Assembly: GCA_045221475.1 (NCBI GenBank)
Contig: JBGUWV010000075.1
Location: forward strand, 23,578-87,577
Direction: 5' to 3'
From: Fibrobacter sp.
GTDB lineage: Bacteria; Fibrobacterota; Fibrobacteria; Fibrobacterales; Fibrobacteraceae
DNA: 64,000 nucleotides
A model generated the notes under the pieces. That model was not told the DNA's origin. It saw only the letters and a program-made list of their open reading frames with translations, and ran no database searches. Both the position numbers and the translations under genes were made by a program. This document shows positions 1-9,010 of this stretch, piece by piece. Each line of letters begins with the position of its first letter. The first letter of the stretch is position 1.

Positions 1-214
1 CGTGGCCTTCTTCATGCTTTTTCACGAATTCGTTTTCGGCAGGATCCTTGCGATTTTCGGGCAGCGGTACGATGTCGTTCAGCAAAGGAATCAGGCGCAG
101 TACGGCAAAGATGCCGCCGCGCATTTGCGTAAGCCTGCGTTCGCGAATTTCAAGCACGAGGCGTGCCACAAATTCAACAGCGAGGAGCGTTCCGAGTAAA
201 AGCCAGGGAGACAT
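1..214 (-). CDS. Partial CDS running off the window start; membrane protein with an HExxH motif (possible zinc metallopeptidase)
   Basis: ATG at 214 overlaps the upstream gene's TAA (TAATG). It translates MSPWLLLGTLLAVEFVARLVLEIRERRL...EFVKKHEEGH with no stop before the edge. Absent from the ORF track. Confidence 0.65.
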   Translation of the reverse strand, partial: MSPWLLLGTLLAVEFVARLVLEIRERRLTQMRGGIFAVLRLIPLLNDIVPLPENRKDPAENEFVKKHEEGH

Positions 215-2091
215 TATTCGGGCTTATTCGTCTTGGCGATGGAATTCAGGCGGCGTAATTTCTCTTCGACTCGGGCTTTTTCCCATTCGGTAAATCCCTT
301 GTCGATAGGATGGGCGTCATCGTAGTCGTCAAAAATCTGGCGGCCCCGTTCATTATCTTTGTCCAGCCCGTGGGTCACGCGTTCGAACCAGTCTTTTTCC
401 AGCTGGCGGTAACGCTTGAGCAGTTCGTCGAAGGTCTCGGGCAAGGTGACAACGCGTATGGCATCTTTGTTGATGTCGTTTGTGGCCATGCGGCGCAGTT
501 CCTTGACAGGCTGCGTCTGCAAATTAGGATCGGTTACGACCAACGTGATAATTTGTTCAAGAACGTAGCGTTCCAGGTATTCCTGGTATGTTTTGATGGC
601 CTGCTGGCGGATGCGTTCACGCATAAAGTTCTCGCCCAGACCGTCAATATGTTCCTTGGTGTAAATGTCGCGGATGGCGGACACTTGCAAACGCTGGTAG
701 GCGTCGCAGACGTAGCGCACCGTATCCGGGTTGAAAATGCTGTAGAATGCTGAGGGTACAACGCCTTTGCCGCGCAATGAATACTTGTATAGGTTGCGGT
801 CCAGAGCGTAGGCGTTGCGGGCGTAATTCCAGCCCGGCACGATTTCGTTTAGGCGTGGTGCCACTCCTACCAGTTGCGGGTCACCCGGACGAATCAGGGA
901 GAAGGGGAATTTTACGCGCTGTGGGAGCGTGGTAAGTCCCGTGGCAATCAGGGTAAAGGGGGATTCGCGGTAGTTGGCGGGGAACTTGATGTTCACGCCG
1001 AGACCAAAGAACATTCCCTGGCTAGGCATCACTTCTTGGTCGGGCATGCGTCCGGTGTGGTTGCTGCCTACGTTGGCTCCGTAGCCTAGGTTGCCGCATC
1101 CGTCGGGCCAGAGGGCCGCAATCAAAAGGGAGTGGTGGTGCATTTGGGTCATGGGACCCACATAGGAACTATTCACTTCGCCTTCTTCAATGTGGCAGCA
1201 CGGCGCAATAATCGAAGACTTCACGATTGCCTTGCAGGCAACGGTGGTGCGGCTCATGAGCACGGACCCCTGGACTTCGGCACCGGTGTGAATGGTGACT
1301 GATTTTTGCACGTTCGAATTTTCGAGAATGACGGAGTCATAAACGTGGCTGGGTTCTTCCAAAGACGAAAGCACCACGGAGTTGCGGATTTTTTCGGCGC
1401 CTTCAATGCGTGCGTGGGCGCCAATCCAGCTGTTACGAATAATGTTGGTATTGCAGACTACGGCACCCTTGCCCACTACGCCAAAGGGGAAGGCGGTTTC
1501 TTCGCGGTAGGCCTTGAGTTGTTCGTCGAAGGCCGCAGCGACTTCGGGTTCCGGCTTGTGGAATAGTTGCGCTTCTACGAGTTCCATGGTAATTTCGGGG
1601 AACACGGCGACTTTGCGTCCACCCATTTCGTTACCCACGTGCATGGAATTGCCGATCATGTAACTGATTTTTCCGCTACTGATCATGGAACCTACGTTCT
1701 GGACAACGGCGCTGCTGCGCACCAGGATGTTGCTCAGCATTGCCACCTTGTGGACCAGTGCATTTTCGATAAAGCAATTGTGTACAAGACTGTCGTAAAT
1801 TCCTGTGGGGAACGACACGTCGCCCGGCAAAAGCAGCGTCCCAAAAAATTTCGGCAAGTAGACTTCGCCCATGAATGAGGAGCGGTTGATCCGGTTCGGG
1901 TCAAAGTCGGGTTCGACCATCACTTTGTCCCAGGATTCGGAGCGGTTACCGTTCTTTTCAAGAATCAGGATTTCGTCTTCGGTCAGGTGACGGTATTTTG
2001 CGGTTCCGGACCTGATTCCCTTGAAATTTTCAACGGAGGTCGCTAAAATGCTGTTCTTGAGCGCTTTTTTCAATTTTAACAGTCGTTGCAT
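214..2091 (-). CDS. DUF4954-family protein (left-handed beta-helix/hexapeptide-like repeats)
   Basis: Long ORF with YRHLTEDEILILEKNGNRSESW, GPMTQMHHHSLLIAALWP and NLGYGANVGSNHTGR. Start placed at MQRLL to avoid overlap with the divergent gene. Confidence 0.75.
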   Translation of the reverse strand: MQRLLKLKKALKNSILATSVENFKGIRSGTAKYRHLTEDEILILEKNGNRSESWDKVMVEPDFDPNRINRSSFMGEVYLPKFFGTLLLPGDVSFPTGIYDSLVHNCFIENALVHKVAMLSNILVRSSAVVQNVGSMISSGKISYMIGNSMHVGNEMGGRKVAVFPEITMELVEAQLFHKPEPEVAAAFDEQLKAYREETAFPFGVVGKGAVVCNTNIIRNSWIGAHARIEGAEKIRNSVVLSSLEEPSHVYDSVILENSNVQKSVTIHTGAEVQGSVLMSRTTVACKAIVKSSIIAPCCHIEEGEVNSSYVGPMTQMHHHSLLIAALWPDGCGNLGYGANVGSNHTGRMPDQEVMPSQGMFFGLGVNIKFPANYRESPFTLIATGLTTLPQRVKFPFSLIRPGDPQLVGVAPRLNEIVPGWNYARNAYALDRNLYKYSLRGKGVVPSAFYSIFNPDTVRYVCDAYQRLQVSAIRDIYTKEHIDGLGENFMRERIRQQAIKTYQEYLERYVLEQIITLVVTDPNLQTQPVKELRRMATNDINKDAIRVVTLPETFDELLKRYRQLEKDWFERVTHGLDKDNERGRQIFDDYDDAHPIDKGFTEWEKARVEEKLRRLNSIAKTNKPE

Positions 2092-2119
2092 GACATAAAA
2101 ATAGCCTAAATTTGGGGCG

Positions 2120-2575
2120 ATGATGAAAGAGCTCCTCTTTAATTTGATACGAAAACACAAGTATAACATCTCTATCTACACCGAAGAGATCTTTGAAAGG
2201 CGTTGTCAAGAAGAAATTATCCGTAGCGATGAGGATAACAGCTCTTTCGTATATCTTGAATTTGATTTTGAGACTTTGAAAAAAGAGTTGGCCGACGAGG
2301 CTAGCTTTACCCAGTTCTGGAATTCCTTTTTCTCGGTGCTGAACAGCGGAAGCCGTGGTAGTGACATTGTCGGGTTCCTGGAACATGAATCGGGGCTGGG
2401 AATGTTGTTGCTGGATTCCAAACTGGATGGCTGGGAGCGCATTAAGGGCCGTATCGAACAGAAGACCTCGAATAACCTTGAAAAAGTCAAGGAAGTCCTG
2501 GACAAAACCATCAAGCCGATTCTCTATCCGGCTTGTATTCAGAATATGCCCGCACCGGAAAGCGCCGCTGTTTAA
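2120..2575 (+). CDS. Stand-alone degenerate GGDEF-like domain protein retaining the RxxD I-site
   Basis: IYTEEIFERRCQEEIIRS...FVYLEFDF resembles a GGDEF N-terminus. RGSD-x5-EHESG occupies the RxxD-x5-GGDEF position. Confidence 0.6.
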   Translation: MMKELLFNLIRKHKYNISIYTEEIFERRCQEEIIRSDEDNSSFVYLEFDFETLKKELADEASFTQFWNSFFSVLNSGSRGSDIVGFLEHESGLGMLLLDSKLDGWERIKGRIEQKTSNNLEKVKEVLDKTIKPILYPACIQNMPAPESAAV

Positions 2576-2577
2576 TT

Positions 2578-3780
2578 ATGGCTGTCTCTAAGGTTCTTGT
2601 TATCGGTTCGGTTTATCCGCGTTTCTACGAAGACGCCGAAGTTCCCTGGTTGCGTACCTCCATTGCGCACCTCAAAAAGGCGGGCCTCGATATCCAGGTT
2701 TTGGCGCCTGCATACAAGGGCCTGAAGAGCCACGAAATTGATGGAGTCAAGGTAAACCGATTCCGTTATGCACCTGCGAGCTGGGAGTTCCTGACTCATG
2801 AAGAAGGTGCTCCTTCCAAGATGGCCAACAAGCCTTGGCTCCAGCTTTTGGCGATTCCCTATATCATCAGCGGGTTCTTCAAGTGCATTAAAATTTGCCG
2901 CAAGTTTAAGCCCGATGTGATTCATGCCCATTGGCCGTTCCCGCATGCCTACATTGCGCTGGGCGCTGCTAAGTTGTTCAAAATTCCGCTGGTGCTGAAT
3001 TTCCACGGCGCCGAACTCCTGCTCATCCGCAAAAAGAAATGGGTCAAGCCGCTCTTGAAGTTTGCCATTAGCCAGGCTCAGGCCGTGTTTGCGAACTCGA
3101 GTTTTACCGCCAGTAAAATCAAGGCGCTTCGCAATGTTGAAATCGAATGGAGTCCGTACGGGACGACGCTTGAGAAAGGTGCGGGGAATACCGAGCCACA
3201 TGCGATAAATGGCAAGTTTAAGATTTTGTTTGTTGGTCGCCACATTGAACGCAAGGGCATTCGCTACCTGATTGAAGCGACCAAGTACTTGCCGCGCGAT
3301 CAGTTCGAAATCCGCATCGTCGGCGTCGGCGATTTGACCGAACAGCTGCACGTCATTGCGAACGAAGTGAAGCAATCCAACCCGAATTCCGCCGAAATCA
3401 TTTTCACCGGCAAGCTTTCGCCCGAAGCGCTCGCCAACGAATACAAGACTGCAAATGTCTTCACGCTCCCGGCGATTGTCGATAGCAAGGGCGACACCGA
3501 AGGCCTCGGCGTCGTACTTATCGAGGCCATGGAACTCGGCCTCCCGATTGTGGCAAGCAAAGTGGGTGGCATTCCCGATGTTGTCATTGACGGTGAAACG
3601 GGAATCCTCGTTCCCGAAAAAGACCCCGAGGCCCTCGCCAACGCTTACAAACGCTTGGCCAGCAACCCCGAATTGATTTCGCAGTTGCTCGCCGGCGCCC
3701 AGAAGCGAATTGCCGAATGTTTCACCTGGGACGGAATCATTGAACGCCAAATTGCCGTCTACAATAAAGTCTTGAAATAA
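2578..3780 (+). CDS. Glycosyltransferase family 4 (GT-B)
   Basis: DVIHAHW, ILFVGRHIERKG, EGLGVVLIEAM (Ex7E) and VASKVGGIPDV motifs. Confidence 0.92.
   Translation: MAVSKVLVIGSVYPRFYEDAEVPWLRTSIAHLKKAGLDIQVLAPAYKGLKSHEIDGVKVNRFRYAPASWEFLTHEEGAPSKMANKPWLQLLAIPYIISGFFKCIKICRKFKPDVIHAHWPFPHAYIALGAAKLFKIPLVLNFHGAELLLIRKKKWVKPLLKFAISQAQAVFANSSFTASKIKALRNVEIEWSPYGTTLEKGAGNTEPHAINGKFKILFVGRHIERKGIRYLIEATKYLPRDQFEIRIVGVGDLTEQLHVIANEVKQSNPNSAEIIFTGKLSPEALANEYKTANVFTLPAIVDSKGDTEGLGVVLIEAMELGLPIVASKVGGIPDVVIDGETGILVPEKDPEALANAYKRLASNPELISQLLAGAQKRIAECFTWDGIIERQIAVYNKVLK
3349..3378 (-). repeat. REP-like element inside the GT4 coding sequence
   Basis: Reverse complement ggattgcttcacttcgttcgcaatgacgtg matches the intergenic copy at 34904-34933 at 27/30 nt. 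Confidence 0.75.
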
Positions 3781-3812
3781 AAAAGGTGGTCAAAATTTTT
3801 GACCACTTTTCT
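3779..3812. terminator. Bidirectional intrinsic terminator
   Basis: Hairpin aaaaggtggtcaaaa/ttttgaccactttt between convergent genes. Confidence 0.75.
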
Positions 3813-3834
3813 TGTTCTAAAATCTAATTCTCTG

Positions 3835-5073
3835 CTAGTTTTCGTGCTGTTCGCTCGCGCTTTCTTTTGCCTTGAATTTAATTACCCAAATTTCGGAGTC
3901 GCTTCCTAAGCGGACGGGCGGCCCCCAGCAATCGAAGCCGGAACTGACGAGCCATAGCACGCCGCCGAGCGCTCCCTTGCCGTAGGCGAGTTTCCACACG
4001 TAGTCGATAAGGAAGGTGACCGGGAAAAATTGGCCGTCATGGGTGTGGCCTGAAAGGGCGAAGTCCGGGAGTCTTCCTGCATGAGTTTTTTCGATTCCCT
4101 TGGGCTGGTGGTCCAGTAAAATCCAGGGACGATGCAAGACCAGGGTATCGTAGGTAACGGTAGCGATGACTGCTGAATCTGCAGTGGAATCTTGTGCAGC
4201 GGCTGTTACGGCGGAGTCTGTAGAATCCTTCGGGTGTTCCACGATCATGATGGAGTCGGGGATGAGCTCGGAAAGGGGTTTGCGCTGCATGTCTCTACTG
4301 CGGGCGACCATAAAGTCGGTGCGGCCCGTAAAGCAGGCGCTGCCCAGGCAGGCGGTGGAATCGTCGAGTACCACGAAGCCCGCCTTGCGCATCCATTCGT
4401 TAGGATTGGAACCCGAACGTTCCTGCATGGATTCGTGATTGCCGTTGATGGCGACTGCCGCTACTTTAGCTCCGGCGGTCAATTTTTTGAACAAAATATC
4501 GTAGCCGTTGCGGTCCATCTTTTCTGTCGAGAAATCGGCCAGGTCGCCACCGAACAACAGGTAGTCGGGTTTAATGGAGTCGACCTGTGCGATAAAGCGG
4601 CCCAGTTTCTTGGCGTTGAACAAGGGGTCCACATGAATGTCGCTAAAGAATATGGCTGTAAAGCTTTCGGTGTACTGGCTCGGTAAATCGATGGTGAGCA
4701 AGTTAGTCTTATATTCGTCGTTGTGCGGTATTCCGTATGCCATGAACGCAAAGGTTACGCCGGCGGTTATTCCCGCAAGCCAGCGGCCTACGCGGCGAAC
4801 CTTGTGGCGGCTCAGGTGGTGGGGCTGAGTAAGGTAGTAACCGATTCTATAGAGGGTCCAGGGAATGTAAAGAATTAGTGCGTTTGGAATCCAGACTGCA
4901 AAAAAGGTGACGAGACAACTTCCTAAAAAGGTGTCCCTGAAAAACATGCCTAAAAAAATGAGGAATAAGACGGCGGCACCGATAATTTTCCCGATTTTAC
5001 CCTTGGCTGTGGAACTGACATTAACAAAGACGAGTACAAGGGCGGCAAGCAGTATGAATAGGAATGCAATCAT
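3835..5073 (-). CDS. Membrane-anchored metallophosphoesterase (YkuE/YaeI-like)
   Basis: N-terminal TM helices; SDIH, GGDLAD, GNHE, LDHQP and SGHTHDGQ motifs. Confidence 0.9.
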   Translation of the reverse strand: MIAFLFILLAALVLVFVNVSSTAKGKIGKIIGAAVLFLIFLGMFFRDTFLGSCLVTFFAVWIPNALILYIPWTLYRIGYYLTQPHHLSRHKVRRVGRWLAGITAGVTFAFMAYGIPHNDEYKTNLLTIDLPSQYTESFTAIFFSDIHVDPLFNAKKLGRFIAQVDSIKPDYLLFGGDLADFSTEKMDRNGYDILFKKLTAGAKVAAVAINGNHESMQERSGSNPNEWMRKAGFVVLDDSTACLGSACFTGRTDFMVARSRDMQRKPLSELIPDSIMIVEHPKDSTDSAVTAAAQDSTADSAVIATVTYDTLVLHRPWILLDHQPKGIEKTHAGRLPDFALSGHTHDGQFFPVTFLIDYVWKLAYGKGALGGVLWLVSSGFDCWGPPVRLGSDSEIWVIKFKAKESASEQHEN

Positions 5074-5123
5074 GGTTTAATAATAGTAAATCTATTTTCG
5101 AGTTTAACTATATTTGACCCCGT

Positions 5124-5438
5124 ATGGCTTTATGTATTGAATCTGATCATTTGGAAAAGGTCCAGAGGATTCTGGCTCTTCATTTTGAGGGGCTGGAAGT
5201 TTGGGCGCATGGAGCCCGTGTGACGGGAGTGGACCTCACTCCCGATACGGAACTGGAACTGGTGGTTATTTCTGAAAGCCCCCTTTCTTTCGAGGCCATG
5301 ACCGCTGTGGAAAAGGCTTTTGTGGATAGCGGGCTTCCGTTCCGGGTCGATGTCATGGACTGGGCTAAGCTCCCTGAATCTCTCCAAAAACAAATCAAGA
5401 AAGAACACGATGTGGTTCAAGCCGCTGCGGAATCCTAG
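5124..5438 (+). CDS. Minimal nucleotidyltransferase (MNT)-domain protein with a degenerate active site
   Basis: VWAHGARVTG...DTELELVV...SGLPFRVDVMDW matches the MNT pattern FGSRxxG...SDLDL...LPFxVD. Confidence 0.7.
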   Translation: MALCIESDHLEKVQRILALHFEGLEVWAHGARVTGVDLTPDTELELVVISESPLSFEAMTAVEKAFVDSGLPFRVDVMDWAKLPESLQKQIKKEHDVVQAAAES

Positions 5439-5439
5439 T

Positions 5440-7233
5440 ATGAAACGTCTTTTACCTTTTGCTTTGGTGGCAATGCTTGCCGCTTCCGCTTTTGCCCAGG
5501 ACGAAATTCGTGAGGCAAAGAATTTAATCCAGAATGGGCAGTGCGCCGAGGCCATTGCTCCCCTCCAGAAAGTCTACAAGTCCAGCTTCCGTAAATCCTC
5601 CGGTGAAAAGGCCGCCGTGATGCTCACGGAATGCTATCTGCGCGAACACAAGCGCGACGAAGCCCTGAAGTTTTCTTCCCGCTTCCTGGAATACTATGTG
5701 AACACGGTGTACCGCGAACGCATGGAACTTGCCAACGCCATTGTCATGGTGGAAAAGGGCAACGTTTACGAAGGTGTGGAAGCCATGCTCCGTATTCTGG
5801 CTTATTCTAAGAACCCGGCCGCCAGAAGCCGTACCAAGGATGTTGCCATTCAGACGCTGGCTGCTTCGCTCTTGACGGCTGACCAGTTGCAGGCCCTTTT
5901 GGAAAAGTATCCGGTGGACAAGGACATTGTGGGCTGGATGCAGTTGCAGATTGGTCGCGAATGTCAGAATTCCAAGCGCTACCGCGCCGCCCGCTACTGG
6001 TACAAGAAGGTTGTGGCCGGCGGGGTTGCCGAAAACCTCTCCAGTACTGCCGAAAAGGGTCTTGAATCCCTGGAAGACCGCGGCGCCGGCATGCCGACGG
6101 TGCTCGTTCTTGCCCCGTTGTCGGGCGATTATGCCGAATTTGGCGCGGCGGCCATTCAGGGTGTGATTCTCGCTCACGAAAAGGCGGGCCTGAAGGGCAA
6201 GGTGAACCTGCGTGTGGCGGATACCCGTGCTGATGCCGCCCTGGCTCTCCTCCGTACCCAGCAGGCCATTAACCAGGACAGCATTGTGGCGGTTATCGGC
6301 CCCATTATGAGTGCTCCGGCCGCCACCGTGGCCGCCTGGCTCGGAAGCAACTTCCAGAACATTCCCATGCTCACCCCGACCGCTACCGACGACGGTATCG
6401 CCAAGATGGGCCCGAACATTTTCCAGGTGAACATCACCATGGATAACTTGGCCAAGAGCATTGCCGACTTCGCCACCAAGTGTCTGAACATCCGCGAATT
6501 CGCTATCCTCAGTCCCTTGGGCGGCTATGGTGCCTCCATGTCCCAGAGCTTTACTACGGCCGTGGAACGCCGCGGTGCATCTGTGATCGCCTTCCGTAAC
6601 TACGAAGAAGGTCGTCCTGACTACAAGACCGAATTCAGCCTGCTGCGCGATGTGCGTTTCAAGCAGCTGAACCGCCGCCAGAACATTGCCCGTGGGGCAA
6701 ATGACCTGGATGCCGTGAACGCCAAGGAACGCCGCTTCTACATGCAGGATTCCACTTTCAACATTCCGGGTATCTTTATTCCGGCAACGAATCCAGGTGA
6801 TGCCGGCCTTATGGCTGGCCAGGTGGCCTTCAACAAGATTTCGGGCGTGTTGCTGGGTGCTTCCGGCTGGTATGGCCGTGAACTCCTGATTCAGGGCAAG
6901 CGCCAGGTCGATAGCTCCTACTTTAGCGTGCCTGCCATGGACATGGGTGGCAACAACGACAACCTCAAGAAGTTCGTGAGTGACTTCAAGGAACGTTGGG
7001 GTGCCGAGCCGGGCGAAGACAAGGTGAGCGGACTCAGCTATGATGCCGCAAACATCGTGTTCAGTTCCATGGAGAAAAAGCCCAACAGCCTTACGAACTT
7101 GATTAACAATACCGCTAATTTCCAAGGCGTGTATGGCGATATCAAGTTCAAGCGCGGCATGAACTTGAACACCAAGATTGTGACCGTGAATAAGGGCAAG
7201 TTCGAAACCGTCGACGGTTGCCCTGCAAAATAG
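5440..7233 (+). CDS. LpoA-like periplasmic protein (TPR N-terminus plus type I periplasmic-binding fold)
   Basis: Signal peptide, TPR-like helices, VLAPLSGDYAEFG, AVIGPIMS, SYDAA, FQGVYGDIKF. Confidence 0.75.
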   Translation: MKRLLPFALVAMLAASAFAQDEIREAKNLIQNGQCAEAIAPLQKVYKSSFRKSSGEKAAVMLTECYLREHKRDEALKFSSRFLEYYVNTVYRERMELANAIVMVEKGNVYEGVEAMLRILAYSKNPAARSRTKDVAIQTLAASLLTADQLQALLEKYPVDKDIVGWMQLQIGRECQNSKRYRAARYWYKKVVAGGVAENLSSTAEKGLESLEDRGAGMPTVLVLAPLSGDYAEFGAAAIQGVILAHEKAGLKGKVNLRVADTRADAALALLRTQQAINQDSIVAVIGPIMSAPAATVAAWLGSNFQNIPMLTPTATDDGIAKMGPNIFQVNITMDNLAKSIADFATKCLNIREFAILSPLGGYGASMSQSFTTAVERRGASVIAFRNYEEGRPDYKTEFSLLRDVRFKQLNRRQNIARGANDLDAVNAKERRFYMQDSTFNIPGIFIPATNPGDAGLMAGQVAFNKISGVLLGASGWYGRELLIQGKRQVDSSYFSVPAMDMGGNNDNLKKFVSDFKERWGAEPGEDKVSGLSYDAANIVFSSMEKKPNSLTNLINNTANFQGVYGDIKFKRGMNLNTKIVTVNKGKFETVDGCPAK

Positions 7234-7251
7234 AACTTAGAACAGAGATGT

Positions 7252-7289
7252 AAAAATTCCCGCAGTAAACACGCTGCGGGAATTTTTTT
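7252..7289. terminator. Bidirectional intrinsic terminator
   Basis: aaaaattcccgcag-taaacacg-ctgcgggaattttttt. Confidence 0.85.
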
Positions 7290-7312
7290 GTTTCTAGGAG
7301 GGAGAGAAATTC

Positions 7313-7528
7313 TTAGTCTTCTTCGTAGGTGGGGCAGAGCGAGGCCGCCACGTAGTCCGGGGAGTCCCCGTTACGGTAGTAGGCGTGCAGGCTATCGTCA
7401 TCCAGGAGATCGTCCAGGTTCCCGCCTCCAGCAGCATCCAGCTCTTCTTTGACGCGAGTCTTGAATGCCATGAAGCCGGAGTGGATCATGTAGAATGACA
7501 ATGCAGATGTTTTATGGAAAAGTTTCAT
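7313..7528 (-). CDS. Small acidic hypothetical protein (71 aa)
   Basis: GGAGG RBS upstream of the ATG; ends near the terminator. Confidence 0.6.
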   Translation of the reverse strand: MKLFHKTSALSFYMIHSGFMAFKTRVKEELDAAGGGNLDDLLDDDSLHAYYRNGDSPDYVAASLCPTYEED

Positions 7529-7589
7529 AAGACCTCCGTCGTGTTATTCCTTTTTGGTTTCCCGAATCCCTAGTTTAACAAGATAGACT

Positions 7590-7940
7590 GTTGTTTATGT
7601 GTTGATAAGTTGTTGACCTTATACCCCAGTTATAGATAATTTTGGGTGTTCAGGCAATAGCAAAAAAAGATGTAAGGATTAAGAAAACTTTTCTTAAATT
7701 TTGGGAAATTTGTGAAATTTCGACACTTTTGTTCGAAATTGCCTTTTGTAAATTGTTGCCTATCAACAGATTAAATGGTTCTCGGTGGCCTATGGCGTTG
7801 CCTCGGATGGGGCCTCCCGTGGATATTCCAATTTGGACTAAAAAATAAGGAAAACATAAAAACGAAATATGGTGAATTGGAATCGTTTTTTGTGGATAAA
7901 TCGTGAACTGATGCTTTTTGTCCATAATTTATCAACACAT
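7590..7940. promoter_or_regulatory. AT-rich intergenic region with a DnaA-box cluster (candidate oriC)
   Basis: Perfect TGTGGATAA at 7891-7899. One-mismatch TGTTGATAA at 7600-7608 and TTATCAACA at 7929-7937. Weaker boxes at 7619, 7631 and 7760. Confidence 0.45.
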
Positions 7941-7957
7941 TTTCTATTTTTAGACCG

Positions 7958-8899
7958 ATGTATTTGCGGAATTTTTTGATTATTACTGTTGCTATCGCTG
8001 CAGCCTGCTTTGCCGGGGAATCCCTTTCCCTGTCTCTTTCCAAGGAGCAGGCGGAACTTTGGTCCAAGGCCACTTCGGCTACCATGGCACTCCGTTACGG
8101 CGATGCCTTCGAGATTTCGAAGCAGTTGCGTTCCCAGAACGAGGGGGCGGGCTGTGTGCTTGAAAATGTTGTACGTATCAGCGTTTATGATGACAAGGGA
8201 GATACGGCTTCGCTTATAAAGGCGGGGACGTTGCTGGAATCCTGCAAGACCGAGGGCTTGTGGGATGCGTTGCGCCGTTTTGAAATTGGTTACGTGCAGG
8301 GCGAGACGGGGCATTCGGTCAAAGGTGCCATGACGACGCGTTCTGCGGCGAAGGCTTTCGAGGAATCCAAGGAACTGGAGGCACGCGCCTTCTTTGCCAT
8401 TTACGCCTACTACATCGACAAGAGTTTTAGCTGGGTGCCATTCAAGTCGGACAACCGGGAACTTTATCTTGCGACTCTCGACAGCGCCTCTCAAAAGTCT
8501 GAACGGTTCTGGCCCCTGTTCCTGACTCCGCTTATATGGATGCATTACGACAAGGAAGACTTTGCCACCGGTCTAAAGCTTGCGGAACGGGGACTCAAGC
8601 GCGCTCCCAATCATCCTGTCATGTTGCAGATCAAGGCCGATATGCTTTACCGCCTAAAACGCTATGGCGAAGCTGCCGATATTTACGAAAAGAGCGCTGC
8701 CGATTACCTGAAGCGCACGGGTAAGAGCATTCGCTACTGGTGTTCGGTATTAAATTTGATTCGCATCTATAGCGACAAGGGTGATAAGGCTAAGGCGGAA
8801 CAGTGGCGCAAGACGCTTAGCGATCCGAAATACGGCGAACTCAAGTCCTGGATGCCGGGTTCGTTGATGGACGACTTGAAAAAGCGAAAGCTGATTTAA
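7958..8899 (+). CDS. Secreted TPR-like protein
   Basis: Signal peptide; helical repeats such as AERGLKRAPNHP and KADMLYRLKRYGEAADIYEK. Confidence 0.7.
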   Translation: MYLRNFLIITVAIAAACFAGESLSLSLSKEQAELWSKATSATMALRYGDAFEISKQLRSQNEGAGCVLENVVRISVYDDKGDTASLIKAGTLLESCKTEGLWDALRRFEIGYVQGETGHSVKGAMTTRSAAKAFEESKELEARAFFAIYAYYIDKSFSWVPFKSDNRELYLATLDSASQKSERFWPLFLTPLIWMHYDKEDFATGLKLAERGLKRAPNHPVMLQIKADMLYRLKRYGEAADIYEKSAADYLKRTGKSIRYWCSVLNLIRIYSDKGDKAKAEQWRKTLSDPKYGELKSWMPGSLMDDLKKRKLI

Positions 8900-9010
8900 C
8901 GCTAAAAAAGCGTCTTATACTTTGTATAGAAAATTTAACATCTAAAATCGGTCTCCGGTACCCTAAAAAAAGCGTGTTAATAAAGAGGCACGCTTTTTGA
9001 TGGAGGTACT

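Noticed and set aside
2-293. Plus-strand ORFs 2..199 and 48..293
   Set aside because: The minus-strand frame starting at 214 is translationally coupled to its neighbour and more protein-like.
4165-4230. Duplicated DST(A)DSAV segment in the metallophosphoesterase
   Set aside because: A low-complexity loop expansion with no similarity to the REP-like element.
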